NCBI GenBank assembly: GCA_965237675.1
Contig: OZ250150.1
Span: 320,001 to 384,000, forward strand
From: Candidatus Latescibacterota bacterium
Lineage (GTDB): Bacteria; Latescibacterota; UBA2968; GCA-2709665
DNA length: 64,000 bases
Direction of reading: 5' to 3'
Part shown: piece after piece, positions 52,557-62,520 of the stretch
Position numbering within the stretch: the stretch's first letter is position 1
Layout: the number at the start of each line of letters is the position of its first letter
Position numbers and translations under genes: made by a program
Notes under the pieces: model-generated
What the model was told of the DNA's origin: nothing
The model's database searches: none
The model's input: only the letters and a program-made list of their open reading frames with translations

Positions 52557-52768
52557 AGAAGCTGTTTTAAAATTACTGGTGAGTTCCCGAGCGCGAGCGA
52601 AAAAGTGACGGTTATGAGGCGCGAGGGGCGCGCAGCGCCGACGGGAAAATCCGCCTATGAGAGGCGAGCTAGCGTAGCCTCGACCTCGTAAGACGGGTGG
52701 GTTTGACCAACGCCGACCGGCGCTTTTGCAGCCGCGCGAAGACCGCTGGGGATTTTAAGACAGCTTCT
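52557..52768. mobile_element. MITE-like element, about 210 bp
   Basis: 17-bp terminal inverted repeats agaagctgttttaaaat and attttaagacagcttct (1 mismatch). Non-coding; fills the intergenic gap. No clean target duplication. Confidence 0.75.
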
Positions 52769-52784
52769 AAGAAAGGGGATTGCG

Positions 52785-54605
52785 ATGGCGGAATCCGAGG
52801 TGCGCGGTTCGTGGATCGAGTACGATGTGATCGTCCGAAGAAACGTGATGGTGCCCATGCGCGACGGCGTGAGGTTGGCGACGGATCTCTATTTCCCGGC
52901 GAAGCAGGGCAGCATTGTGCAGGGCACGTATCCGGCGGTGGTCGAACGCACACCCTACGATAAGGAATCGAAATTCAGCGAGGGGCGGTATCTCGCGCGG
53001 AGAGGGTATGTGGCCGTCCGGCAGGATGTCCGGGGGCGATTCGAATCCGAGGGCGTGTGGCACCCGTTTGCAAAGGAGGCGCCCGACGGGTACGATACCG
53101 TGGAATGGGTTGCCGCGCAGCCATGGTGCGACGGACACGTGGGCACGATGGGCGGGTCGTACTGCGGAAGCGACCAGAGCGCGCTGGCCACCCTGAATCC
53201 GCCGCATCTGAAAGCGATGGTGGTCGCGGTGGGCACGTCGAACTATCACACCAGTTCGATGCGGCAGAACGGCGCGCTGGAGTTGCGGTTCATGATATAT
53301 GCGTTCAGGATGGCAACGACGAGTAAAGAGGCGCTGGCCGATGCAACGCTGAAGGCCGCATTGGACGCGGATTTCGCGCGGATCGGAGAATGGATGACGC
53401 GGACGCCCTACCGGAAGGGGTCGTCCGCCCTGCGTTTTCTGCCCACCTATGAGCAATGGGTGCTGGATCTTCTGGGCGAAGGGGACTTCAACGATTATTG
53501 GAAGCAGCGGGGATACGCAATCGACCACTACTACGACGAACACGCGGACGTGCCCACAATTTACCTGGGCGGGTGGTACGATTCATACACCCGGGGAACC
53601 ACGGCGAACTATGTGGCGCTCTCGAAACGGATGAAATCCCCGCAACATTTGTTGATGGGTCCGTGGACCCACGGCGGATGGGGGAACTCGTTCGCGGGAG
53701 ACGTGGACTTCGGTTCGGAGTCCGTCCTGGACGATTACGATGGATACCGGCTGCGCTGGTTTGACAGGTGGCTGAAGGGTTTTGACAATGGGGTCGACCG
53801 GGAAAAGCCGGTTCGCATATTCATGATGGGCGGCGGCGACGGCCGCAGGAACCGGGAGGGGCGCCTGTCCTATATGGGCATCTGGCGGAACGTAGAGGAT
53901 TGGCCGCTTCCCGAAACGCGGTTTACGCCGTACTACCTGCATTCGGACGGCACACTCGGCCAGGAACTGCCGAAACCTTCCGGGCCGAGTCGGTACACGT
54001 TCGATCCCAGAGATCCGGTACCCACAATCGGCGGCAATCTGTCCGCAGGGGACCCGGTTCTCGTTGCGGGCGCGTACGATCAGCGAGGCGATACCCGATT
54101 TTACGGATGCAGCGACAACCTGCCGCTGCCGACGCGAGGCGACGTCCTCGTCTTCCAGACCCCCGAACTGGACGAGGCCGAAGAAGTGACGGGGCCGTTA
54201 ACCATGATATTGTGGGCGGCCTCGTCCGCGACGGATACGGATTTCACCGTGAAACTGATCGACGTACATCCACCGGGCGCGGACTATCCCGACGGTTTCG
54301 CGCAGAACATAACGGACAGCATCATCCGGGGGCGGTATCGGAACTCGCGGGATAAACCGGAGTCGATGGCGCCGGAAGAGATCTATGAACTGGAAATCGT
54401 GATGTATCCGACCTCGACCGTATTCGGGGCTGGGCACCGGATCCGGCTGGATGTCTCCAGCAGTAATTTTCCCAGGTTCGATATCAATCCGAATACGGGG
54501 GGCGCATTGGGGCGGGACCGTCGGGTTGTCCAGGCGGAGAACGCGATATATCACGACCCCGACCACCCGTCACATATTGTCCTGCCAGTTGTACCGGGGT
54601 CTTGA
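52785..54605 (+). CDS. CocE/NonD family hydrolase (peptidase S15-like)
   Basis: Motifs MRDGVRLATDLY, RTPY, QDVRGRFESEG, nucleophile GGSY, GGWYD, GPWTH, SSSNFPRF. Confidence 0.95.
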   Translation: MAESEVRGSWIEYDVIVRRNVMVPMRDGVRLATDLYFPAKQGSIVQGTYPAVVERTPYDKESKFSEGRYLARRGYVAVRQDVRGRFESEGVWHPFAKEAPDGYDTVEWVAAQPWCDGHVGTMGGSYCGSDQSALATLNPPHLKAMVVAVGTSNYHTSSMRQNGALELRFMIYAFRMATTSKEALADATLKAALDADFARIGEWMTRTPYRKGSSALRFLPTYEQWVLDLLGEGDFNDYWKQRGYAIDHYYDEHADVPTIYLGGWYDSYTRGTTANYVALSKRMKSPQHLLMGPWTHGGWGNSFAGDVDFGSESVLDDYDGYRLRWFDRWLKGFDNGVDREKPVRIFMMGGGDGRRNREGRLSYMGIWRNVEDWPLPETRFTPYYLHSDGTLGQELPKPSGPSRYTFDPRDPVPTIGGNLSAGDPVLVAGAYDQRGDTRFYGCSDNLPLPTRGDVLVFQTPELDEAEEVTGPLTMILWAASSATDTDFTVKLIDVHPPGADYPDGFAQNITDSIIRGRYRNSRDKPESMAPEEIYELEIVMYPTSTVFGAGHRIRLDVSSSNFPRFDINPNTGGALGRDRRVVQAENAIYHDPDHPSHIVLPVVPGS

Positions 54606-54612
54606 CGGGCAA

Positions 54613-55509
54613 ATGGGTGACGATTCCGAGATTACTTATCGGGACCGAAGGTCCGGAAGAATGGTAACTGAACCGCTGTCTTTCGCATTCTTCCAGCGGT
54701 GGTTCGATTCTTCAGTCTTCCTTGGGCTTTACCATTTCCTTTTTAATAACTCAGCGTTTTGCCGGTTATACGGCTGGATGCAGGCGCGTCCCGGAAGTCG
54801 CCGCAAAATTCCCCGTTTCGTTCGGCAGTACGCCATCGATGTCGAAGAGATCGAATATCCCCCGGATCGGTATCCGAGCTTTAACGCGTTTTTCACCCGC
54901 CGGTTGAAACCCGATGCCAGGCCGTTTGACCTGGGGCCCGACACATTCGCCTGTCCCGCGGACGGAAAGGTTCTGGTCTATCGGCAACTCCTGGAAGGCG
55001 GCCGGATCCCGGTCAAAGGGGCATCGGTTCCTTTACATCTCCTGCTGGACTCCGAAGACAACGCGCTTCCCTATCAAGACGGGTCGGCGTTGGTCGTCCG
55101 GCTTGCGCCATACGACTATCACCGGTTCCATTTTCCGGATTCCGGAAAGGCCGGACCGGCGCGTGTCGTCGCCGGGCGGTACTATATTGTCAATCCGCTT
55201 GGCCTTGCCAGGGTGCCCGGCGTATTCTGGCGGAACAAACGCGCGATTACCAGATTCGATTCGGACCAATTCGGACGAATCGCATATGTGGAAATAGGCG
55301 GCTTTGCGGTTGGCAGCATTGTTGAGACATACACGCCGGGCCCGGTCCACCGGGGTCAGGAGAAGGGTTATTTTCAGTTCGGAGGGTCCACGCTTGTCCT
55401 GCTGTTCGAACCGGGGACGGTTGTCTTTGACGACGACCTGACGGAAGACTCAAGGCGTGGAATTGAAGTGCACGTACGGGCGGGTAGCGGAATCGGCACG
55501 CGGACTTAG
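54613..55509 (+). CDS. psd: phosphatidylserine decarboxylase proenzyme
   Basis: Motifs FNAFFTRRLKPDARP, PADG, RLAPYDYHRFH, and autocleavage site FGGST. Confidence 0.93.
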   Translation: MGDDSEITYRDRRSGRMVTEPLSFAFFQRWFDSSVFLGLYHFLFNNSAFCRLYGWMQARPGSRRKIPRFVRQYAIDVEEIEYPPDRYPSFNAFFTRRLKPDARPFDLGPDTFACPADGKVLVYRQLLEGGRIPVKGASVPLHLLLDSEDNALPYQDGSALVVRLAPYDYHRFHFPDSGKAGPARVVAGRYYIVNPLGLARVPGVFWRNKRAITRFDSDQFGRIAYVEIGGFAVGSIVETYTPGPVHRGQEKGYFQFGGSTLVLLFEPGTVVFDDDLTEDSRRGIEVHVRAGSGIGTRT

Positions 55510-55650
55510 AGTCGAAACCTCAGTGAATCAGCGAATGACAGCACGGCGGGTCGCGGGCCGTGAGGACCGGCGCCCGTCTTGATCGACCAAAGCACACGTA
55601 ATCTGCCGTACCGGAAACCCGATCAGGGCGAAGCGCCTCTGCGTTTCGTC

Positions 55651-57705
55651 CTATCTTTCTTCCGGCCCCAGGCAGACGAATTCCGCTGGATTCGCAAGGT
55701 TCTGATAGGTAGCCTCGATCCACTGATCGGACCGGGCCGTGCTCGAGATACGGACTTCCTCGATTTCACCTTGAAACGGCGCCCCGCCGCCCGCGAGCCG
55801 GCCGATGACGACCGGTGCCTGACTGGACTGGATGGGCCCCGAAGCTTCGGTCGAAGCCACCGGCGTCCCGTCTACATACAGGGTCGTCCGTTCGCCATCG
55901 TATACGCCCGAGAGGTGATGCCTGCCGGGAGTGAGCGTCCTGTTGGCGCGTACGCTCCGGGTACCGCTTTGTGTGTTTATGGTGAAGGCCGGACCCGGCA
56001 GTGACGCGCAAAGTCCGCCATTGTGACCGCATTCGGCGTATTTGAGTATGAAGGAGGCGTCGCCCGCGGTGTCGTAGCGAAGCACTTTTCCGTGGGGTGC
56101 GTATTCGCGAGCGTCGTTCTCGTCGGGATCTTCACGCCACGGCGCAAAGTAGACGTACCGTCCGTCGAACGCGCCCCCATTGAAGCCGCCAGGGTTCGGC
56201 GGATAGGTGAAGACGCCCCCATCGGCGGCGTCCCAGGCCGCCCTGTCGTTGAAGTTCATGCACGTGTTGTAACGCAGAACACGGCAGTGGAAACCCCGCT
56301 GGGGTTGATCGCCTTCGTAGAACGGAATGTAATAAATGTACTGGCCGTCGAAGGCCGCGCCGTCGTAACCTTTGGTATGCAGACCCGACGTGCCTGCCGC
56401 GTCATAGGCTTCCCAGCTATCCGGGTCCACGAAGTCGGCACGAGTGTCGTATCGGACCGCATTGCTGTGCGCATACGGCACATAGTAAATGTAGCGTCCG
56501 TCGAAAATGGCGCCCACGCACATCCCCATGCCCTGACCACTGGCATCCAGAGCCCGCCAGGCTGCGGGATCGTCGAACTCGCCGCAGGTATCGTGCCGGA
56601 GCACGATTCCGCGGTCGTTGAGGGGCGAGTAATAGACGTAACGTCCATCGAAGGTGGCGCCGTCGTAATTCCTCGACTCCAGCCCGCCGGTGTTACCGGC
56701 ATCGTAGGTGACATAGCTGGCTGGATCCTTGAAATCACCCCGCGTATCGTACCGGACGGCTCGGCCGGTTTCGGACCCGTCTACCTCGTATCCGGGTACG
56801 AGGTAGATGTAACGTCCGTCATAGGCGGCGCTCTGGTGGGAAATGTTATTGCCGATATCGTATGCCTGCCAACTTCCGGGATCGTGGAATTCCCCACGCC
56901 GGTCGTAACGCAGAATCCGGCTGTGATGCGCACGCCCGTCGGTACGTGGAACAAAATAGATATAGTCGCCGGCGTGTACGGCGCCGTAGTATCCTTTTGT
57001 GTTGAGGCCGTCGGTACTCCCCGCGTCGTACCCCTCCCAGCTGTCAGGACTGTTGAACCCGCCGCAGGAGTCGTATCGCAAAACCTGGCCGTGGCGCTCC
57101 TGGGAACCATTGAGTTGAGGCGCAAAATAAACGTAACGTCCGTCACAGACGGCGCCGAAAAAGCCCCTGGTGTCCAGGCCGTCGGTGTCCCCGGCGTCGT
57201 AGGACTCGAACGTATCCATAACTGATCGCAACGACCACTTGGCGACCAGGGCCTGGAAGGCGTCCGAACGGGTTTGGCTGCTCTCGACCCAGGCTTCGAC
57301 AGTCAGGGTTTGAGCGCGGTCGAGCGCTTCGGAGCGTACCAATTCGCTCCCATAACTGACCAGTCTGTAGTCGGTATCCCAAACGGGGTCCGGACATGAA
57401 ACCGATCCTCCTCCATAGCAGAGGTAAAAAATCGTATCCGCCGAAAGTGAAGGGATTCTGACTCTTGCCCTCAGGGCGCCGTTTTCGGGATCGTAGGACT
57501 CGATACGGTACGCCAGCGTATCGCCCTGGCGGGATACGAAGTGGATGTCGCTTCCGTCTTCCCTGAGAATGTGACCGCCCCGGTCAACCGGTTTCAGGGC
57601 GTTGTCCCGCAGGACCACGAGAAGAGGAAAGTCTTGAAGGTCCGGGACGACTCCCTCGGGGTTGATGCTGAGTTTTCGGCGGATGAGTTTCCCGGCTGTT
57701 TCCAT
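55651..57705 (-). CDS. DUF2341-like + split LamG domain + 7-repeat beta-propeller protein
   Basis: N-terminal DFPLLVVL...DGSDIHF...FYLCYG. LamG start LTVEAWV and LamG end HHLSGVYDG...FQGEIEEVRIS flank seven GAxxDGRYxYxxP...RYD repeats. Confidence 0.85.
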   Translation of the reverse strand: METAGKLIRRKLSINPEGVVPDLQDFPLLVVLRDNALKPVDRGGHILREDGSDIHFVSRQGDTLAYRIESYDPENGALRARVRIPSLSADTIFYLCYGGGSVSCPDPVWDTDYRLVSYGSELVRSEALDRAQTLTVEAWVESSQTRSDAFQALVAKWSLRSVMDTFESYDAGDTDGLDTRGFFGAVCDGRYVYFAPQLNGSQERHGQVLRYDSCGGFNSPDSWEGYDAGSTDGLNTKGYYGAVHAGDYIYFVPRTDGRAHHSRILRYDRRGEFHDPGSWQAYDIGNNISHQSAAYDGRYIYLVPGYEVDGSETGRAVRYDTRGDFKDPASYVTYDAGNTGGLESRNYDGATFDGRYVYYSPLNDRGIVLRHDTCGEFDDPAAWRALDASGQGMGMCVGAIFDGRYIYYVPYAHSNAVRYDTRADFVDPDSWEAYDAAGTSGLHTKGYDGAAFDGQYIYYIPFYEGDQPQRGFHCRVLRYNTCMNFNDRAAWDAADGGVFTYPPNPGGFNGGAFDGRYVYFAPWREDPDENDAREYAPHGKVLRYDTAGDASFILKYAECGHNGGLCASLPGPAFTINTQSGTRSVRANRTLTPGRHHLSGVYDGERTTLYVDGTPVASTEASGPIQSSQAPVVIGRLAGGGAPFQGEIEEVRISSTARSDQWIEATYQNLANPAEFVCLGPEER

Positions 57706-57869
57706 GGTATCCTCTCCTGGTCAACGCTAAGTACGTGTTTAACTCAGACGGAATCCATCTCGATCCGGTATGGATCGCCCGCGATGTGGCGAATTCCGTA
57801 AAACAGCATTCCCGGTGGCCTGCCCGCCTGCGCGGGCGAAGATCTCGGGACCCTTCGCGCCTCGACCCG

Positions 57870-58184
57870 TTAAGGCTGAAGCATGACTTTGATGGAACGG
57901 TCGCCGGCGGCGACGAGATCGATGCCGTCCTGGAATCTCTCAAGAGGCAGGCGGTGGGTCACGATACGATCCATTGGCAAGAGGCCCTTTTGGATCATAT
58001 CGATAGCGATGGGGTAACAACCGGGTCCCAGGTGGGCGTCGCGCGAAGGCATTTGAACGCGGACAACGACCTCCTCCGGTCCAGGGCGCGGCACGGGGCG
58101 TTCTTCCAGGCGGTAGTCTTCGGATCCGTGGCAGACAACCGCCGGAATGGTTTCGGGAATTCCGGTATGCGTCGTCAATGCCAT
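57870..58184 (-). pseudogene. Zn-dependent (MDR) polyol dehydrogenase with a large in-frame internal deletion
   Basis: The N-terminus AVVCHGSEDYRLEERPVPRPGPEEVVVRV is joined via a few residues to the C-terminus AHLGPGCYPIAIDMI...IVTHRLPL...SIKVML. Zn ligands and the Rossmann fold are absent. Confidence 0.85.
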
Positions 58185-58492
58185 TCTCCCGTGAGGACCG
58201 TCCGCGACGGCTTGAGACAAGTGTCGCCGCAGCGTCCGGAACATCCGGCGGACTCGTTACCTTCCAGGACGGACGCCCATCGGGCGTCTTCCGAAACATG
58301 ACCGAAGAAAATAGTTGCCGCGGCTATGCACTGACTTCCCCTGACGCCATTCAAGATAGGATGAAAAAAAATGGATGGCAACCGATTCGGAAGGACCGGT
58401 CGCCCGGGTTTTTTCTTGTGTCCGCCGTCCCCGTCTCCTTACATTGCGGGTGACAATATCCGGGCCTTGACAGACCTGATTGAGAGGAGTGG

Positions 58493-61400
58493 ATGATGGA
58501 CCGTCGCGATGCGATGTGGCTGTTGGTATTCCTGGTACTGGGTGTGGGCGGGCTGGCGGTATTTCTGAATTTCTACACCGAGGCGATTCCTTCCGCGTCG
58601 CTGGATTTCAGGTTGAGCCGCGATGAGGTACTCCTGAAGGCGCAGGCCTATCTGGAGGACCTGGGATACGATCTTGCGGATTATGAGAACGCCCAGGTGT
58701 TCTCCAGCAGGCAGATGCAGCAGATTTTCCTGGAGCAGACGCTGGGCCTGGAGGAGACCAACCGGCTAGCCAGGGAGTGGTTGTCGGTCTGGTCCTGGAG
58801 CGTGCGGTGGTTTAAGCCGCTGCAGAAGGAGGAACTTCGGGTGGGGATGGATCCGGGCGGGCGAATTGTGGGATTTTCGCACCGCATCCTGGAATCGGAC
58901 GAAGGTGCGAGCCTGACGCAGGACGCGGCGCTTGTGATTGCATCAGAATTCCTGCGGGATACCCAGGGGTACGACCTGGACGGCTACGAGTTGATCGATC
59001 GGTCCAGCACGGAACGCAAGGCCCGGGGCGATCACCGGTTCGCCTACCGGAAGAAGGACTTCACCGTGGGAGACGACGGGCACTACCGCCTGGACGTGGT
59101 GGTGCACGGGGACCGGGTGGGACGGTTCAGCGAATACCTGAAAGTGCCGGATAGTTTCTCCCGGAACTACCGGGAAGTGCGTTCGCGGGCGAACCTGCTG
59201 ACGCAGGTCTTTTTGCCGTTCTGGCTCGCATTGGGCATCGCCATGCTGGTGATTCTGGTCAAGTATTATCGCAGGAAGGGCTTGCACTGGCAGGCCGGCC
59301 TGGTGGTCGGAACACTCGTGGCCATTGCCTGGCTTGCGGCGAACGTCAACGCCCTGCCTCTTGCGCTTTATAATTTCGATACAACGGTCTCATTCGGTGC
59401 CTTTCTGGTGACCGTTTTGTTCAGTGCTGTTCTGGTCGCGGCTCTTTACGGCGGGATCGTCTGCCTGGCCGGGACGGCGGGCGGGGCTCTCGGACGAGAC
59501 GTGCTATTCGAGGGACGCGCGCGTCCGCTCGGACGCCTGTCTTTGAAAGGGGTATTTTCAGCCGGATTCCTTCGGTCCACGGTCGTGGGTTATGGCGTCG
59601 CCGGGGCCGTGCTGGGATACGTCGCTCTGTTTTATCTGCTGGGTGGCCGGTATTTCGATGTCTGGGTGCCGGCGGACGTCAGCGAGTACGACAACGCTTT
59701 CAGCACAGCCATCCCCTGGATTTACCCGTTGCTGGCAGGATTGTCCGCCGCGGCGATGGAGGAGTTTTTCTTCCGTCTGTTGGCGATTACTCTGCTGATC
59801 CGATGGTTGAAACGGCGGTGGCTGGCAGTGTTGCTGCCGGCGGTGGTGTGGGCGTTCTTGCATTCCAACTACCCCCATGAGCCCATTTATATACGCGGAA
59901 TTGAGATAACGGTCATAGGAATCGTCTTCGGTATTGTGTTCTTGCGTTTCGGGATATGGGCGCCCATCATAGCCCACTACGCCATTAATGCTTTCATCGT
60001 AGCGTTGCCGATGGTGAAGTCTTCAAGTCCCTACTTTCAGGTATCCGGTGTACTGGTCATCGGGATTTTGCTGCTGCCGGCCATCCCCTCGGCTTTCGCT
60101 GTTCTGACCGGGAGGCCCCGACCCCGGGAAGTTGACGACGCGGTCGATGAGGAAGCGCCTGAACAACCCGTTGAAACCGGGGAACCGGCGCCCGAGCCCG
60201 ACCGTGCGGCCGTGACTCAAAAAGACCCCGATGCCTATTTGCCGGATCGAAAGAGGTGGCTTGTCGCCGGCCTTTGCGCCCTGGCGGGTGTCACGTTGAT
60301 GATCGGATTCCACGTGGACCGGTTCGGCTCCCGTACGTTGAAGCTGGAAGTGACCCGGAGCCAGGCGGTGCGTGTCGCGGAAGCCTTTTGTAAAGAACTG
60401 GGATTGGATGTGTCGGATTACCGCAGATCGGTGCAGTTTCGCAGCGGGGTCGGTTCCTCGCATTACACACATCTGATCCGAAACGCGGGTGTCGCGCGCG
60501 CGGATAGCCTGATGGCCGAGAACACAACCCCGTGGTATTGGCACGTGCGCTGGTTCAAGCCGATGGAGAAGGAGGAGATCCGGATCCGCGTGGACGCGGC
60601 CGGGCACGTTGCGGGCATAAACCACATCATTCCGGAAACTCGGGCCGGACCCGAATTGGAGACGGACGTCGCACGGGTGAAGGCCGAGGCATCTGTTGAG
60701 AGACAGTTCCACCGATCCGTAACGGATACGGTGCAATACAAGCTACTGGAGGCCCGTTCGGAGAAGGAGGAGGAACGGATGGACCACCATTTTGTGTGGG
60801 AACGGATGGACCGGAAGGTCGAGGATGGAGAGTTCCGCGTAAATGCACGGGTTCAGGGGGACGAGGTCGGATTCTTCGGTACCCGATATAAGGCGCCGGA
60901 AAAATTCCTTCGGTCGCTCCGGCAACAAGGCACCGGGCAGGTATTGGCCTCGAACGTGCCGGTTCTATTGGCTCTGGCAACCCTGATACTGGCGGGGATT
61001 TATTTCTTCCGGCTTTACCGGGCAAAGGAGATTTCCTGGAGACTCCCAATCACATTAGGCATTGCGGTTGTGGCGCTGATGGTACTGAATTGGATCAATT
61101 CGTTACCGACCTTTTTCCACACATATGATACAAGCCAGGCGATGACGACCTACATGGGTATCCAGGGGGTCTCTATGCTGATCGGCACACCGCTGATGGG
61201 ACTGGCAATAGCGGTCATGATAGCGTTGATGGTTGCGCTTTGTGGATCTCTCTATCCCGAAGAGATGGGGGCCGGCAGGTGGCTGGGGCTCTTACGGATG
61301 CGAGAAGGCGGCTTGCGCTTCTGGGCCGGCACGCTGGCTCTGGCGGCGGCATTTTTGCTGCTTCGGACAGGTATGGGCAGTGTCGGTATATTTGTGAAAT

Positions 61401-61906
61401 ATCACGGGTTGACGGAGTTTCTACAAGCGGACGGGTTCAACTTGCCGGGAATAAACACCTATCTTCCCTTCATCAACGCCGCCGGTGACGCAGCCCTGGA
61501 GTTAATCGATCCCTTTGCAGTGCTGGCAATTCTGCTGATCTGGAAAGCCGGAGTGAAACGACCATGGCTGATTGTGGCCGGAATCGCGGTTGCAATGTTG
61601 TCCACGGAGGCGATCGCGCCGGCCAGGAGTTTTTATCACTTCGCCGTTCTGGCCGGCCTGGCGCTCGTGAATCTGGGTGTGCTGGTTTTCCTGGTCGCGT
61701 GGCTGGTCCGGTTCAACCTGATGGCCTACATTGTCGCGATATGGTCCGGCAAGCTCATCCTGGGCCCTGGAATCGCAATGATTCAACGGACAACGGAATC
61801 CGTTTATGAGTGGAACGGCGTTGCCATGCTCGTGCTTGGCCTGGCGCCGCTGCTCTTCCTTCTGGCTGCGTGTCTGCGAGAGCGGCGACAGCGGACGGAA
61901 GGATGA
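58493..61906 (+). CDS. large CPBP (CAAX/Abi) intramembrane metalloprotease with internal duplication
   Basis: CPBP motifs EEFFFR, WAFLH and AHYAIN in the first half. Two homologous extracytoplasmic domains (WxWxVRWFKPxxKEE). Confidence 0.88.
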   Translation: MMDRRDAMWLLVFLVLGVGGLAVFLNFYTEAIPSASLDFRLSRDEVLLKAQAYLEDLGYDLADYENAQVFSSRQMQQIFLEQTLGLEETNRLAREWLSVWSWSVRWFKPLQKEELRVGMDPGGRIVGFSHRILESDEGASLTQDAALVIASEFLRDTQGYDLDGYELIDRSSTERKARGDHRFAYRKKDFTVGDDGHYRLDVVVHGDRVGRFSEYLKVPDSFSRNYREVRSRANLLTQVFLPFWLALGIAMLVILVKYYRRKGLHWQAGLVVGTLVAIAWLAANVNALPLALYNFDTTVSFGAFLVTVLFSAVLVAALYGGIVCLAGTAGGALGRDVLFEGRARPLGRLSLKGVFSAGFLRSTVVGYGVAGAVLGYVALFYLLGGRYFDVWVPADVSEYDNAFSTAIPWIYPLLAGLSAAAMEEFFFRLLAITLLIRWLKRRWLAVLLPAVVWAFLHSNYPHEPIYIRGIEITVIGIVFGIVFLRFGIWAPIIAHYAINAFIVALPMVKSSSPYFQVSGVLVIGILLLPAIPSAFAVLTGRPRPREVDDAVDEEAPEQPVETGEPAPEPDRAAVTQKDPDAYLPDRKRWLVAGLCALAGVTLMIGFHVDRFGSRTLKLEVTRSQAVRVAEAFCKELGLDVSDYRRSVQFRSGVGSSHYTHLIRNAGVARADSLMAENTTPWYWHVRWFKPMEKEEIRIRVDAAGHVAGINHIIPETRAGPELETDVARVKAEASVERQFHRSVTDTVQYKLLEARSEKEEERMDHHFVWERMDRKVEDGEFRVNARVQGDEVGFFGTRYKAPEKFLRSLRQQGTGQVLASNVPVLLALATLILAGIYFFRLYRAKEISWRLPITLGIAVVALMVLNWINSLPTFFHTYDTSQAMTTYMGIQGVSMLIGTPLMGLAIAVMIALMVALCGSLYPEEMGAGRWLGLLRMREGGLRFWAGTLALAAAFLLLRTGMGSVGIFVKYHGLTEFLQADGFNLPGINTYLPFINAAGDAALELIDPFAVLAILLIWKAGVKRPWLIVAGIAVAMLSTEAIAPARSFYHFAVLAGLALVNLGVLVFLVAWLVRFNLMAYIVAIWSGKLILGPGIAMIQRTTESVYEWNGVAMLVLGLAPLLFLLAACLRERRQRTEG

Positions 61907-61962
61907 GCCGCTGCCCGTTGCGCCACGTTTTTCGATCCTCTAAGCCGACGGCTGAAATGACA

Positions 61963-61998
61963 ACCCCCCTCCGAAGGACATCGGAGGGGGGTCTTTTA
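61963..61998 (+). terminator. probable intrinsic terminator
   Basis: accccccTCCGA-aggaca-TCGGAggggggt followed by ctttt, downstream of the CPBP gene. Confidence 0.6.
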
Positions 61999-62029
61999 TG
62001 GGGGACTATATCGAAAAGTGCCAAACACG

Positions 62030-62408
62030 TCAGACTGTCGCTTGACATTCCCGCGCCGTTTTCCGGTAGGAATTTACGAAGGGAACGTGGAATTGCCCAG
62101 TGACGCCTGGCCCTCGCTGGATCAAATCCACCCCAAGTCTTGCGGCTATCCCCTTTCCTCGTTCCAGGACCGGTCAAGTAATTGGCTTGATACCGTCCTC
62201 GCCGCTCGTAATGCCTGAAACGGTCTTCGGTGTACGCTTTCGAATATGGAATCCGCCCAGGATGAAACGTAAACTTATCTGTTACCGTATAAGACAATAT
62301 CGTGAATGGGACCAAATTGGCGAGAAATCTTGTCGTGTGCACAGGACCATCATTCCACTTCCTCATTCATTCAAGACAATCGCCGTAGTAAAGCGTATTC
62401 AATTTCAT
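62030..62408 (-). pseudogene. degraded N4/N6 DNA methyltransferase
   Basis: MKLNTLYYGDCLE*MRKWNDG (in-frame TGA). Then, in shifted frames, RQFGPIHDIVLY and GRYQANYLTGPGTRKGDS...FDP...RHWAIP. The DPPY/F and SAM motifs are missing. Confidence 0.75.
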
Positions 62409-62520
62409 TTCTTCAACCTATCCCAGCCAGGAGTTCTTCCTCACAACTCGATTGATCCGTCCGTTAACAAAAGTGTCAGCACCCATCAAAACCTCCTCTG
62501 CACAGTCTTCCCGTTTACCG

